Shown: one piece after another, positions 38,801 through 47,537 of the stretch
Position numbering within the stretch: position 1 is the first letter of the stretch
Layout of the letters: each line of letters opens with the position of its first letter
Source of the DNA: an uncultured Gemmatimonadales bacterium
GTDB taxonomy: Bacteria; Gemmatimonadota; Gemmatimonadetes; Gemmatimonadales; Gemmatimonadaceae
Direction of reading: 5' to 3'
NCBI GenBank assembly: GCA_963707505.1
Contig: CAVPQB010000006.1
Location: 608,001-672,000, forward strand
DNA: 64,000 bases
The notes under the pieces: model-generated
Told to the model about the DNA's origin: nothing
What the model saw: only the letters and a program-made list of their open reading frames with translations
Database searches by the model: none
Program-made: the position numbers and the translations under genes

Positions 38801-39018
38801 GCGCTGTAGTAGCGTTCCGCTGTCGAGACGATCCGGCGTTCCATCTCTTCCGGCGGCATTCCGCCGTACTGCCACACCACGGTCACCAGCGGGATGTTGA
38901 TCGCGGGGAAGATGTCGGTCGGCATCTTGAGCGCCGAAACGACTCCGAACAGCGCGATCAGTATCGAGACCACGACGAAGGTGTACGGCCTGCGAAGCGC
39001 GAGTTTGACGATCCACAT
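35842..39018 (-). CDS. RND efflux permease subunit (AcrB/CusA superfamily)
   Basis: 1058 aa; MWIVKLALRRPYTF, GILVDDATV, RLRPVLMTALAMIIG, PLGRAVIGG. Confidence 0.95.
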   Translation of the reverse strand: MWIVKLALRRPYTFVVVSILIALFGVVSALKMPTDIFPAINIPLVTVVWQYGGMPPEEMERRIVSTAERYYSATVGSIEHIESQSINGVGVIKVYFQPGTDIPTALAEITSASQTAVKNLPPGIQPPIILRFNATDVPVLQIGVDSKTLSETELYDLATNTMRLQLATVQGASLPAPYGGKARQIMVDLNPEAMYAKGVSPSDVSDAINAQNLVLPSGTAKFGSREYYVRLNSSPTVASMLNDMPIKTVHGTTVYIKDVAQVRDGYAVQTNLVRENGHRGVYQSVVKNGNASTLDVVARIKAALPAVKAALPADVSLNLMLDESLYVRASLHGVLREAIIAGLLTAAMILLFLGSWRSTLVVATSIPLSILVSIICLAALGQSLNVMTLGGFALAVGILVDDATVTIESIHRNLGTGKPLMQAILDGADEIAVPAFVSTLAICVVFTPVFFLGGVTGALFQPLAMAVIFAMLASYVLSRTLVPLMVRYLLPAEVTMYAAHHGGEAVSDIFWRVNRWFETHFDRMRAWYSNLLTTALQHRRRVALGAVGAVLASVVLLPFVGQDFFPRVDAGQFRVHVRAPAGTRLEQTDAIIAQVEHAIREDVPPSDLGLILANVGVPSSSINLSTGDNATIGPADAELLISLNEGRARSTAEYMNVLRDDFRQRFPGVTFAFQPADIVNRILNLGLPAAIDVQVVPGKNVDGYAIASQIADSMRHIPGAVDVRQQQVIDAPELYFTVDRTRASQLGLTQRDVANSLLISLSSSGQTAPNFFLNPQNGVSYKVAVQTPEYRLSSLSDLESTPVIAAGVAPQLFGNLATESRRSGVAVVDHYNVQRVYDVYAGAEGRDLGSVARDIDHVVAQIQKRMPIGTTIVMRGQVSSMRDAFTGLGFGLAFAILLVYFLMVVNFQSWLDPFIIIMALPAALVGIVWMLFVTRTTFSVPSLMGAVMAMGVATANSILVVTFANSRRADGLNAVEAALDAGRTRLRPVLMTALAMIIGMLPMALGFGEGGEQNAPLGRAVIGGLIIATVATLVLVPVVYSVLRTRPPGGVDDPLLHS

Positions 39019-40353
39019 CTATCTGAGCTCCCGGCCAAGCACGCGCTCGAGCGTGGCTCGCGCGATCTGATAATCGTAGCGTGCCTGCACGAGCGAAGTC
39101 TCTGCCTGCGCGAGATTGAGCTGCGACGTTACTTCGTCGAGAAAGGTCGACGCGCCGGCTCTGTAGCGCAGCTCCTGCACGCGTAGATCTTCGCGCGCGG
39201 CATCCACTGCCTCGCGCGCGAATCCGATCCTCTGTGCCGCCACAGTCGCGTCGTCGTACGACTTCACCGCATCGGCGCGCACACCGCGCTCGGTATCCAC
39301 TGCGGCTGAGTGCGCTGCCGCAGCGTCCGCCTCTGCGCGCGTTACGGAGGCACCGCGCTGGAACCCGTTGAAGAGAGGATACGAAATCCCAAGCTGCAAT
39401 GTCCATCCGCCGACCGGGCGCGGACTCACCGACCGTTGCTCCAGCCATCCGTAACCGCCGCTCGCAAGAACCGTAGGCAGGTACTGTGCGCGCGCTGCTG
39501 TAATAGCGGCGTCCGCCGATTGCGCTGCGGCCGTCGCTGCGCGCGCCACCGGCGCTGCGCTCACTGCATTCCGCACCAGCGAATCACGAGAGACCGGAAG
39601 CGGAAGCGAATCATCATCGGGAACGGGTGCGGCACCGACAGGCACGTCGCTCCCGATTGTGCGGGCCAACGCGAACTGGCTTGCTGTCTTCTGCGATCCA
39701 GCCGTTGCAAGTGCGTCCCGCGCCGTGGCGAGGGCGACCCGCGCTCGAAGTACGTCGGAGCGTGTCGTCGTGCCCGCTCGCAGGCGGCTGTCGGCATCCC
39801 GCATTGCCAGCTGTGCCTGCGTAACCTGTGCTGTAGCGACGTCGACGAGCTCGCTCGCTCGCAACACGTTGAAGTAAGCCTGCTTGGTCGCGAGCCGCAC
39901 ATCGTATTCAGTCGCGTTCAGACCCGCATCGGCAGCGACCTGTTGCGCATCGGCGCTCTCACGCTCCGCACCCCGTCGTCCACCGGTGAAGACCGGAACC
40001 GCTGCCGAGATCCCGGAGCCGTAGATATCGTCCAGCGGCCTGACCGAAGACGACACCGGAATTCCGTTAGTGACGCTACTTCCACCTTGAACGGTCGTTC
40101 CACGACCGGCGCTGGAGGCGACGCCGAGTGATGGCAGGTATTCGCCGGTAACGACGCGGCGGTTTGCTCGGGCGGTTGTGACCGCTGCCTTGCCCGCGGC
40201 GAGCGCCGGGTTTACACGCGCGGCCATCGCCAACGCCTCGGGCAGTGTTACGGTGCGAAGCGAGTCGGCAGGCTGCTGGGCGCGCATCAGCGCAGGTAAC
40301 ATCACGGCGGCGGCGAGAAACGCGCGCAGCCTTAAAAAAAGTGGAACCGGAAT
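39019..40353 (-). CDS. TolC-family outer membrane efflux protein (start codon uncertain)
   Basis: OEP repeats (EYLPSL; QYLPTV...ISYPLFNGF; RYRAGASTFLD); stop abuts the permease ATG; the apparent signal peptide has no ATG/GTG/TTG immediately upstream. Confidence 0.8.
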   Translation of the reverse strand: MPVPLFLRLRAFLAAAVMLPALMRAQQPADSLRTVTLPEALAMAARVNPALAAGKAAVTTARANRRVVTGEYLPSLGVASSAGRGTTVQGGSSVTNGIPVSSSVRPLDDIYGSGISAAVPVFTGGRRGAERESADAQQVAADAGLNATEYDVRLATKQAYFNVLRASELVDVATAQVTQAQLAMRDADSRLRAGTTTRSDVLRARVALATARDALATAGSQKTASQFALARTIGSDVPVGAAPVPDDDSLPLPVSRDSLVRNAVSAAPVARAATAAAQSADAAITAARAQYLPTVLASGGYGWLEQRSVSPRPVGGWTLQLGISYPLFNGFQRGASVTRAEADAAAAHSAAVDTERGVRADAVKSYDDATVAAQRIGFAREAVDAAREDLRVQELRYRAGASTFLDEVTSQLNLAQAETSLVQARYDYQIARATLERVLGRELR

Positions 40354-40508
40354 GTTGGTTGGAGCTGGGATGGTACGACTTGATGTCGACTTGAGCGTTG
40401 GCGGCGTCCTGCCAGGACAGATACGCCCTGGTGCCCCCGCCTGTTGCGGCGGGTGGCGGCTGGAGTTCCGATCTGCTAAGCTACGCGTTCCATGACATTG
40501 TGTCTTCC

Positions 40509-41345
40509 ATGAGTGTTCTTGCCATGACGGGGCTGGTCGCGATCGGTTCATTCGCGGCGGGCATGCTTGGAGCACTCACGGGGCTCGGCGGTGGCATGAT
40601 CATCGTACCCATGCTCACTCTGGTGTTCGGTGTGGATATCAGGTATGCGATCGGCGCTTCACTGATTTCAGTGATAGCGACGTCGTCCGGTGCGGCTGCT
40701 GCGTATGTGCGCGAGGGCTACACCAACATTCGAATTGGAATGTTCCTGGAAGTCGCGACTACGGTCGGCGCGCTCGGGGGAGCCTACATCGCCGGACTCA
40801 TCTCGACGAGCGCCATAGCGGTAATCTTCTCGCTGGTCCTCGCATACTCGGCGTACCGGTCGTTTCAGCCGCGTGAAGAACATTCCATCGACGGCCCGCC
40901 GGACAAGTGGGCCACGCGGCTCAGAATGGACGGCACATATCCGACGGCTGAGGGTCTGCAGTCCTACACCGTCCACGCAGTGCCGACCGGCTTCTCGCTC
41001 ATGTTCCTCGCGGGAATCCTCTCGGGACTGCTCGGCATCGGATCGGGAGCGGTGAAGGTGCTCGCAATGGATCAGGCGATGCGTCTTCCATTCAAGGTTT
41101 CCACGACGACGAGCAACTTCATGATCGGCGTGACCGCGGCAGCCAGCGCGGGCGTCTATCTGCATCGCGGGTACATCGATCCTGTGCTCGCGTTTCCCGT
41201 CATGCTGGGTGTGCTTGCCGGTGCGCTTACCGGTGCACGAGTTCTTGCCGGCGCCAAGGTGCGTGCACTGCGCACCGTGTTCACCGTCGTCATAGTGTTT
41301 CTCGCCGTTGAGATGGCGTACAAGGGTCTGCGAGGCGGCATATGA
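40509..41345 (+). CDS. TauE/SafE-family (TSUP) membrane transporter
   Basis: GALTGLGGGMIIVP, SGLLGIGSG, KVSTTTSNFMIGVTAAASA. Confidence 0.9.
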   Translation: MSVLAMTGLVAIGSFAAGMLGALTGLGGGMIIVPMLTLVFGVDIRYAIGASLISVIATSSGAAAAYVREGYTNIRIGMFLEVATTVGALGGAYIAGLISTSAIAVIFSLVLAYSAYRSFQPREEHSIDGPPDKWATRLRMDGTYPTAEGLQSYTVHAVPTGFSLMFLAGILSGLLGIGSGAVKVLAMDQAMRLPFKVSTTTSNFMIGVTAAASAGVYLHRGYIDPVLAFPVMLGVLAGALTGARVLAGAKVRALRTVFTVVIVFLAVEMAYKGLRGGI

Positions 41346-41740
41346 GCGAGCCGCTGTGGCGCACCGGTCGTTGGAGCGACGAGCACGTAGAGCTCTTCGT
41401 CGGAAATCTCCTGCGTTGGGGAGTGATCATAGCCGCGGCTGTGACTGTTGTCGGTGGCGCGCTCTTTCTCTCGTTGCATGGCGGGAGAATCGCGGATTAT
41501 CACGTATTCCATGGACAACCCGACGCACTCAAATCCGTCTCCGACGTCGTGGCCAACGCGCTCCGGTTCCAGCCGGAGGCGGTGATCCAGCTCGGGCTGC
41601 TGTTGTTGATCGCAACGCCGATAGCTCGTGTCGCACTCTCCCTGCTCGCATTCGTGAAGCAGCACGACGGTACCTACATTGTAGTTACGGCGATCGTGCT
41701 GGGCTTGCTTCTCTACAGCTTGACTGGAGCGGGCGCCTAG
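41342..41740 (+). CDS. DUF1634-family membrane protein
   Basis: LLRWGV...IQLGLLLLIATPIARV; usual partner of TauE; ATGA overlap. Confidence 0.85.
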   Translation: MSEPLWRTGRWSDEHVELFVGNLLRWGVIIAAAVTVVGGALFLSLHGGRIADYHVFHGQPDALKSVSDVVANALRFQPEAVIQLGLLLLIATPIARVALSLLAFVKQHDGTYIVVTAIVLGLLLYSLTGAGA

Positions 41741-41779
41741 CCTGCCCACCCAAACCGTTCTCCGTAACTGGTTACGTCA

Positions 41780-43357
41780 ATGTTAGCATCGATTGTTACC
41801 CTCCTGGCGTTGCTCGGCACGGCATCGCCTGCGCACGTCGCTCCGGCGCCGGTCCAGCAGATCCACTACACTGTAGCGATGCCGGATCCGGCGTCGCACC
41901 TGTACACCGTCACCATCGACGTTGGTGGCGTGAAGGGATCCGTTTTGAAGCTACAGATGCCGGTGTGGTCGCCCGGACGGTACGCGCGCATGGATTTCGC
42001 GAAGAACGTACAGGAGTTCTCCGTAACTGACGGTAACGGCAGGGAGCTCAGATGGGATCGCGAGAACGGATCGCTCTGGCGCGTTTACCCCGGCACTGCA
42101 CATCGCGTTGTGGCTCACTATCGCGTCTTCGGCGACGATCTGTCCGGAACATTCAGCGTGCTGGACACGTTGCACGCGAACTGGAATGGCGCATCGCTCT
42201 TCATGTACGTCGAGGGCCGCAAGCCATCGCCGGTTACGTTGCATGTCGATGCGCCAGATGGGTGGCACATCATCAACGGCGACGCCCAGAAGCTCGATCA
42301 GACCGATTATTCATTCGAGAATTACGACCGCCTGATCGACACACCTACCGAAGTCGCGCCCAGTTTCATGGTCGATTCATTCACGGTCGACAACAGACTG
42401 TATCGCACCGTCGTCCACCACAACGGACCGACCACCCCTGAAGAGCGCGCGCGATTCGTCGCCTCGGTTCGCAGGATCGTCGAGGCGCACAATCGCGTGA
42501 TCGGGCCGCCGCCGCTCCGGATGTACACATTCCTCTTCCACATCGGCTTTCCCGGTGGCGATGGCATGGAGCACCTGTACTCCACGCAGATCATCGATCG
42601 CAAACCGTGGGTGGACACTGCGTCCGTTCTCGCGGGAGTAGAAACCGCAGCGCACGAGTACTTCCACGTGTGGAACGTCAAGCGCATCCGCCCGTTCGCG
42701 CTCGGGCCGTTCGACTACACGCGCGAGCAGTATCAACCCAGTCTGTGGGTGGCGGAGGGCTGGACGCAGTACTACGGCGAGATGGCGACATCGCGCGCGA
42801 AACTTGGCTCGACAGAAGACACGTATGCGATGATCGCGGGAATCGTCCAGGCGAATCTCACCGCGCCGGGCCGCAAGGAAGTCTCCGCGCGCATGGCCTC
42901 ATTCGAGGCTCCGTTCTTCGATGGTGCACCGCGCGCACAGAAGACAAATGCATCACAGACATACTTCACGTATTACTTCAAGGGCGCCGGCATCGCGCTC
43001 GCGCTCGATCTCATGATCCGCGACCACAGCAACAACGTGCGCTCGCTGGACGATGCGCTGCGTGCGCTCAAGAAGCTTTCGTGGGATCAGCCGAACGCGT
43101 CGTACTACCTGCAGGGACGCGGCTACACCGAAGCCGACGTGGAGCATGCGATATCACAGGTGATGGGCAAGGACATGCATTCCTGGTTCGAGCGTTATGT
43201 AGGCGGGACGGAAGACATAAACTTCGACGACATCCTCGCCCTCGCCGGGCTGAAGCTGAACCGCGACACCACGCGCTGGACGGTCACTGCCAATCCGGAC
43301 GCATCGTCCAGACAGCTCGCGATACGCGACTCGTGGCTGGCGGATTCACAGCAATAG
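41780..43357 (+). CDS. M61-family (glycyl aminopeptidase-like) metallopeptidase
   Basis: Signal peptide; MPVWSPGRY, GMEHLYS, AHEYFHVWNVKRIRP, LWVAEGWTQYY, YYFKG. Confidence 0.9.
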   Translation: MLASIVTLLALLGTASPAHVAPAPVQQIHYTVAMPDPASHLYTVTIDVGGVKGSVLKLQMPVWSPGRYARMDFAKNVQEFSVTDGNGRELRWDRENGSLWRVYPGTAHRVVAHYRVFGDDLSGTFSVLDTLHANWNGASLFMYVEGRKPSPVTLHVDAPDGWHIINGDAQKLDQTDYSFENYDRLIDTPTEVAPSFMVDSFTVDNRLYRTVVHHNGPTTPEERARFVASVRRIVEAHNRVIGPPPLRMYTFLFHIGFPGGDGMEHLYSTQIIDRKPWVDTASVLAGVETAAHEYFHVWNVKRIRPFALGPFDYTREQYQPSLWVAEGWTQYYGEMATSRAKLGSTEDTYAMIAGIVQANLTAPGRKEVSARMASFEAPFFDGAPRAQKTNASQTYFTYYFKGAGIALALDLMIRDHSNNVRSLDDALRALKKLSWDQPNASYYLQGRGYTEADVEHAISQVMGKDMHSWFERYVGGTEDINFDDILALAGLKLNRDTTRWTVTANPDASSRQLAIRDSWLADSQQ

Positions 43358-43470
43358 GATGGTAGTGGGGTAGTGCCGGCTCGGGTTTGGATCTCACCGT
43401 GCCGATCCTTTGAGTGTGGACGTGACACTGCCGTCGCAGGATCGTCATTTGTCAACCTCAACGACGTTTA

Positions 43471-44745
43471 ATGCAATCTGGGTCCCCTTCACCTGCGCGG
43501 TCATGGCGCGCTGCGCTGGTAGTAGCCTGCCTTGCCGGCACGACGGTGGTGTGCGCCATCCTTGCCACGGAAGTACGCCAGGCCAACGCCGCGCTCGAGG
43601 CGACGACGTCGCAGACACTCCGGGACTACGCGACCGCGGCGGGCCGGATCCTGGGCACGGAGGCGATCCGGCGTTCGGAGGGATTCAGGTCGAGACTTTA
43701 CGGTCCGTTGATGGGCACCATAGTCGTGGATGGAGCGGCGCCGCCTTTGACCACCTTCGCGCACCGCGCCGACTCACTCTACGCCGCCGAGAAATACCAG
43801 CCTGATTCGCTTCGCGGCTATATCCGCGTCGACGTGCGAACCCGCAACTGGGAAGGCGTGCGCTCGATGGCCGATTCCAGCCGCGCGGCTGCGGTTGTGG
43901 CCAAAGCCCTCGCGCGAGCAAGACTGGATACCGCACGAACGCCGCTCCTCATGCTTCCCGGCGCACACGAGCCGATAATCGTCTCGGCTGCTGCGGTCGC
44001 CGACTCGAACGGCCATCAGTACATGTATATCGTCGTCCAGGCGCGCGCAACGAATTTTCGCCACGCGATGCAGGCGACGATGGACTCAGTGCCGCTCCTG
44101 CCGCCGTCATTTGCGGGATCTGCGTGGAACCTGGACAAGTCCGCCGGTGCCAACCACGTCTCGAACGACTCTCTGATCGGTGTGCGGATCACGGCAGTCG
44201 ACGGAACGGTGCTCTACGTATCACCCCATTCGTACAACGGACCCTACCGCGGCGAGTACCACTTCCAGAGCGGACGGGACGGCTTCACCATCGAAACTGT
44301 CCTGCGCCCGAGTCTCGCTACGGCACTCGTGCCCGCAGTCGTTCGCACTGCCAGCCGGTCGCTCTACATCGGCCTCGGCCTGGTAGGCTGCTTCCTGCTG
44401 GCTGTTTCCTTCATCGCATTCTGGGGTGAGATGTCGCATCAGACGGCGGAGCGTGCCAAGTCGATGCAACAACTCACAACAGGCCTCCGGCATGAGCTGA
44501 ACAACGCGCTCGCGAGCGTAATGCTCGAGTCACAGATGCTCGCGGCGTCCGATGACGCATCGCTCGATGCGCGCTATGCCGGTGCTGCGATCGCTGAACA
44601 GGCGGAGCGGATGCGGAAGGCTCTGCGGCGGCTCGACAACATCGATCGCCTGCCGGTGGTCGACTACTTCGAAGGAAAGTCGATGCTGGATCTCACCGGC
44701 TCGCATCCCACCCAGCAGGAGCAGGAAACCGCGCGCGCTAGCTGA
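43471..44745 (+). CDS. Membrane sensor-like protein with HisKA (DHp) domain but no HATPase domain
   Basis: Two TM helices flanking an extracytoplasmic domain of about 260 aa; H-box LRHELNNALASV; protein ends about 80 aa after the His with no N/G1/F/G2 boxes. Confidence 0.75.
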   Translation: MQSGSPSPARSWRAALVVACLAGTTVVCAILATEVRQANAALEATTSQTLRDYATAAGRILGTEAIRRSEGFRSRLYGPLMGTIVVDGAAPPLTTFAHRADSLYAAEKYQPDSLRGYIRVDVRTRNWEGVRSMADSSRAAAVVAKALARARLDTARTPLLMLPGAHEPIIVSAAAVADSNGHQYMYIVVQARATNFRHAMQATMDSVPLLPPSFAGSAWNLDKSAGANHVSNDSLIGVRITAVDGTVLYVSPHSYNGPYRGEYHFQSGRDGFTIETVLRPSLATALVPAVVRTASRSLYIGLGLVGCFLLAVSFIAFWGEMSHQTAERAKSMQQLTTGLRHELNNALASVMLESQMLAASDDASLDARYAGAAIAEQAERMRKALRRLDNIDRLPVVDYFEGKSMLDLTGSHPTQQEQETARAS

Positions 44746-44763
44746 CGGAGCTTTCGCGCGGCG

Positions 44764-47307
44764 TTACTCACCCCTCCGCTTTGCCCTCGCGGTGGGCGCT
44801 GCAGTTAGTGGATCTTCCGGCCAGACATGCTTTGGATACCGTCCGCGCAGCTCCTTCCGCACCTCGAAATAACTCCCACGCCAGAATCCTTCCAGATCAC
44901 GCGTGACCTGCACCGGCCTGCGCGCTGGGGACAGCAGCTCCAGCGTCAAGGGAACCCTTCCGGCATCGACAGTCGGTGTCTGTTTCACGCCGAACATCTC
45001 CTGTAGTCTCACGGAAATACTCGGCGCATCCGGATTGCTGTAGTCAATTGCGACACGCGTACCGGTCGGTGCGGCATAATGAAGTGGCGCGAGTTTGTCG
45101 AGATCGCTACGCTGTCGCCAGTCCATCATCGCAATCAGCGCACGGTGGAGATCGTCGCCCAGATCGCGCAGAGACGTGCGGCCATCCAGTATTGGCGCGA
45201 GCCAGTCGTCGAGCGTCGCTGTGAGGAATTCATCGGACGGGTCCGGCCAACCCGGATGTCGCCCTCGCACGAATGTAACGCGCTCGCGCGTTATCTTCGC
45301 GACATCGCTCCATGGAAGTGTCTGAATCCCTTCCCGGCGCACGACGTTCAGCATCAGTTCCGTCGCGCCTTTCATCCCCGGCTCGGCAACGATCGATTCG
45401 CGCAGTGTGATCGCGCCTAGCCGCGTGCGCATTCGCGCGCGAACGCTTCGCGTCCGATCATCCCACTCCAGAACTTCTTCGATCTCCATCTGATCTGCAA
45501 ACTGCGCATCGATCTCCGATTGCGTCAACGATGCACCAAGAAATATTCGCGACGATCGCGCATCACCGTCGAGCTCGGCGGCTACCATGTATTGGGCTGA
45601 TGAGAGTCCCTGCGGGTGAGTGAGCGCTGCGCCGCGTCCGTTTCGAAGTAGAAAGCGCCCGTCCATGTTACCCCCGCGCGTCTGGCCGATGCGATCGGGA
45701 TATGCAAGCGCCAGAACTACTCCGGCGTTCGCTGTCTCCGTTGCGGAATCACCAGCAACCCCCAGCTGCCGTCTGAGCGCCGCACTTTCTAGCGCAATCC
45801 GTCGCAGCAGCGCTGCATCGACGTGCGCGCCATGCAACGCAACGCGAGCAACCGGCGCGTGCAGCAACTCCAGACGAATCCCGATGTCGGCGTCGGCAGG
45901 TCCGTTGACGCCACGTACGAAGTCTCGTTCGCCCAGTATCGCGGCAACGTCGCATGCCACCGCAGCCGCACCGAGAGCTATGGATCCTATCAGCATGTGC
46001 GCAATGCGCGGATGAACCGGCAGTGCCGCCATCGCACGACCATGATCCGTGATGATACCAGACTGATCGAGCGCGCCGAGCATCGTCAGCAATTGAGTCC
46101 CTTGCTCCAGTGCCGGTGGTGGCGGAGCATCGAGCCAGCGAAGCTCGTCCACGCTCCTTATTCCAGCAACTGCAAGCTCGAGCACGAGCGGCGCGAGATC
46201 AGCCTGAAGGATTTCCGGACTTGTGTGTTCCAGAAGATGATGCTGCTCGTGCTCCGGCCAGAGGCGGTAGCACCTGCCAGGCGCAGTCCGTCCCGCGCGC
46301 CCCGCGCGCTGGTCAGCCGACGAACGTGAAATGCGGACGGTTTCGAGGCGCGTCATTCCGCTTCGCGGCGAAAAGCGCGGTGCGCGCGCGAGCCCGCTGT
46401 CGATCACGACTCGGACACCTTCGATCGTGAGACTCGTTTCCGCGATCGGCGTCGAGAGCACGACCTTACGCGACCCGAATGGCGCTGGTGCAATCGCCGC
46501 ATCCTGTGACTGCTGCGACAGATCGCCATATAACTGCTCCACGTGCACGTTGGCCGGAACGCGTCCCCCAAGTAGCGCGGCAACGCGACGTATCTCCGCT
46601 CCACCCGGGAGAAATACCAGAACGTCACCGTCGTTATCGCCGAGTGCAGCTACGACTCTGGATGCAACTGTCGCTGCCAACCCGCGCACATCCGGCCGCG
46701 CAGAGTACGACAGCTCGACAGGAAAGAGCCGCCCTTCGCTTCTGATGACGGGCGCATCATCCAGAAGCGTTGCGACTCGCGCGCCGTCCAGCGTGGCTGA
46801 CATGACGAGTATTCTTAGATCGGGTCGCACCAGTGACTGCGATTGCAGCGCGAGTGCGAGTCCCGTGTCGGCGTGAATGCTGCGCTCGTGAAACTCGTCG
46901 AAAATGAGGAGGCCCACGCCCTCCAGCGTTGCATCACTCTGCAACATTCGCGTGAGGATTCCCTCCGTCACGACTTCGATTTTCGTTCTCGGTCCTGTTC
47001 GCGCGTCACGCCGCACTCTGTATCCCACAGTGTCGCCAGCGCGCTCGCCGAGTAGGTGAGACATGCGATGGGTTACCGCGCGCGTGGCCAGTCGACGCGG
47101 CTCCAGCATCACGATCTTGGAATCTCCGAGCCACGGCTCGTCGAGCAGCGCGAGAGGGACGTGAGTCGTCTTTCCGGCTCCGGGAGGGGCCTGCAGAACA
47201 GCGCCGTTCCCGCTCGCCAGCGCCGCGCGCAGGGCGGGGATGGCCTCGTCAACGGGAAGCCGCGCTCCAGGTAGTTCTGCGCCGGTGGCGTCCACTGGTG
47301 GAGTCAT
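44764..47307 (-). CDS. hrpB: ATP-dependent RNA helicase HrpB
   Basis: APPGAGKTT, EPRRLA, DEFHERS, MSAT, QRAGRAGR, LALAYPDRI, C-terminal LLSPARRPVQVTRDLEGFW...YPKHVWPEDP. Confidence 0.95.
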   Translation of the reverse strand: MTPPVDATGAELPGARLPVDEAIPALRAALASGNGAVLQAPPGAGKTTHVPLALLDEPWLGDSKIVMLEPRRLATRAVTHRMSHLLGERAGDTVGYRVRRDARTGPRTKIEVVTEGILTRMLQSDATLEGVGLLIFDEFHERSIHADTGLALALQSQSLVRPDLRILVMSATLDGARVATLLDDAPVIRSEGRLFPVELSYSARPDVRGLAATVASRVVAALGDNDGDVLVFLPGGAEIRRVAALLGGRVPANVHVEQLYGDLSQQSQDAAIAPAPFGSRKVVLSTPIAETSLTIEGVRVVIDSGLARAPRFSPRSGMTRLETVRISRSSADQRAGRAGRTAPGRCYRLWPEHEQHHLLEHTSPEILQADLAPLVLELAVAGIRSVDELRWLDAPPPPALEQGTQLLTMLGALDQSGIITDHGRAMAALPVHPRIAHMLIGSIALGAAAVACDVAAILGERDFVRGVNGPADADIGIRLELLHAPVARVALHGAHVDAALLRRIALESAALRRQLGVAGDSATETANAGVVLALAYPDRIGQTRGGNMDGRFLLRNGRGAALTHPQGLSSAQYMVAAELDGDARSSRIFLGASLTQSEIDAQFADQMEIEEVLEWDDRTRSVRARMRTRLGAITLRESIVAEPGMKGATELMLNVVRREGIQTLPWSDVAKITRERVTFVRGRHPGWPDPSDEFLTATLDDWLAPILDGRTSLRDLGDDLHRALIAMMDWRQRSDLDKLAPLHYAAPTGTRVAIDYSNPDAPSISVRLQEMFGVKQTPTVDAGRVPLTLELLSPARRPVQVTRDLEGFWRGSYFEVRKELRGRYPKHVWPEDPLTAAPTARAKRRGE

Positions 47308-47537
47308 TCACAGTTGAAGTTAATAACACCCGGCATGTTCCTGGTCGGAGCTCTTGCGCGTGCGCGAGCAACGGCGCGACCGGGAACATGCTGGTTGGTC
47401 TGAGTGAAGCCGTATGGACATGCCTTCGAACGCGTGATCCGACAATCGGTCCGCCTGTCCGTCCACGCCGACGACCTGTGAACCGTATATTCGGCGACTG
47501 GCTCGTGTCGGTCGTCAACCACTGCTGTGAGGGGTAC

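Noticed and set aside
43422..43446. ECF-like promoter GTGACA...CGTC upstream of the HisKA-only sensor
   Set aside because: Short motifs in GC-rich DNA, and no cognate sigma factor nearby.
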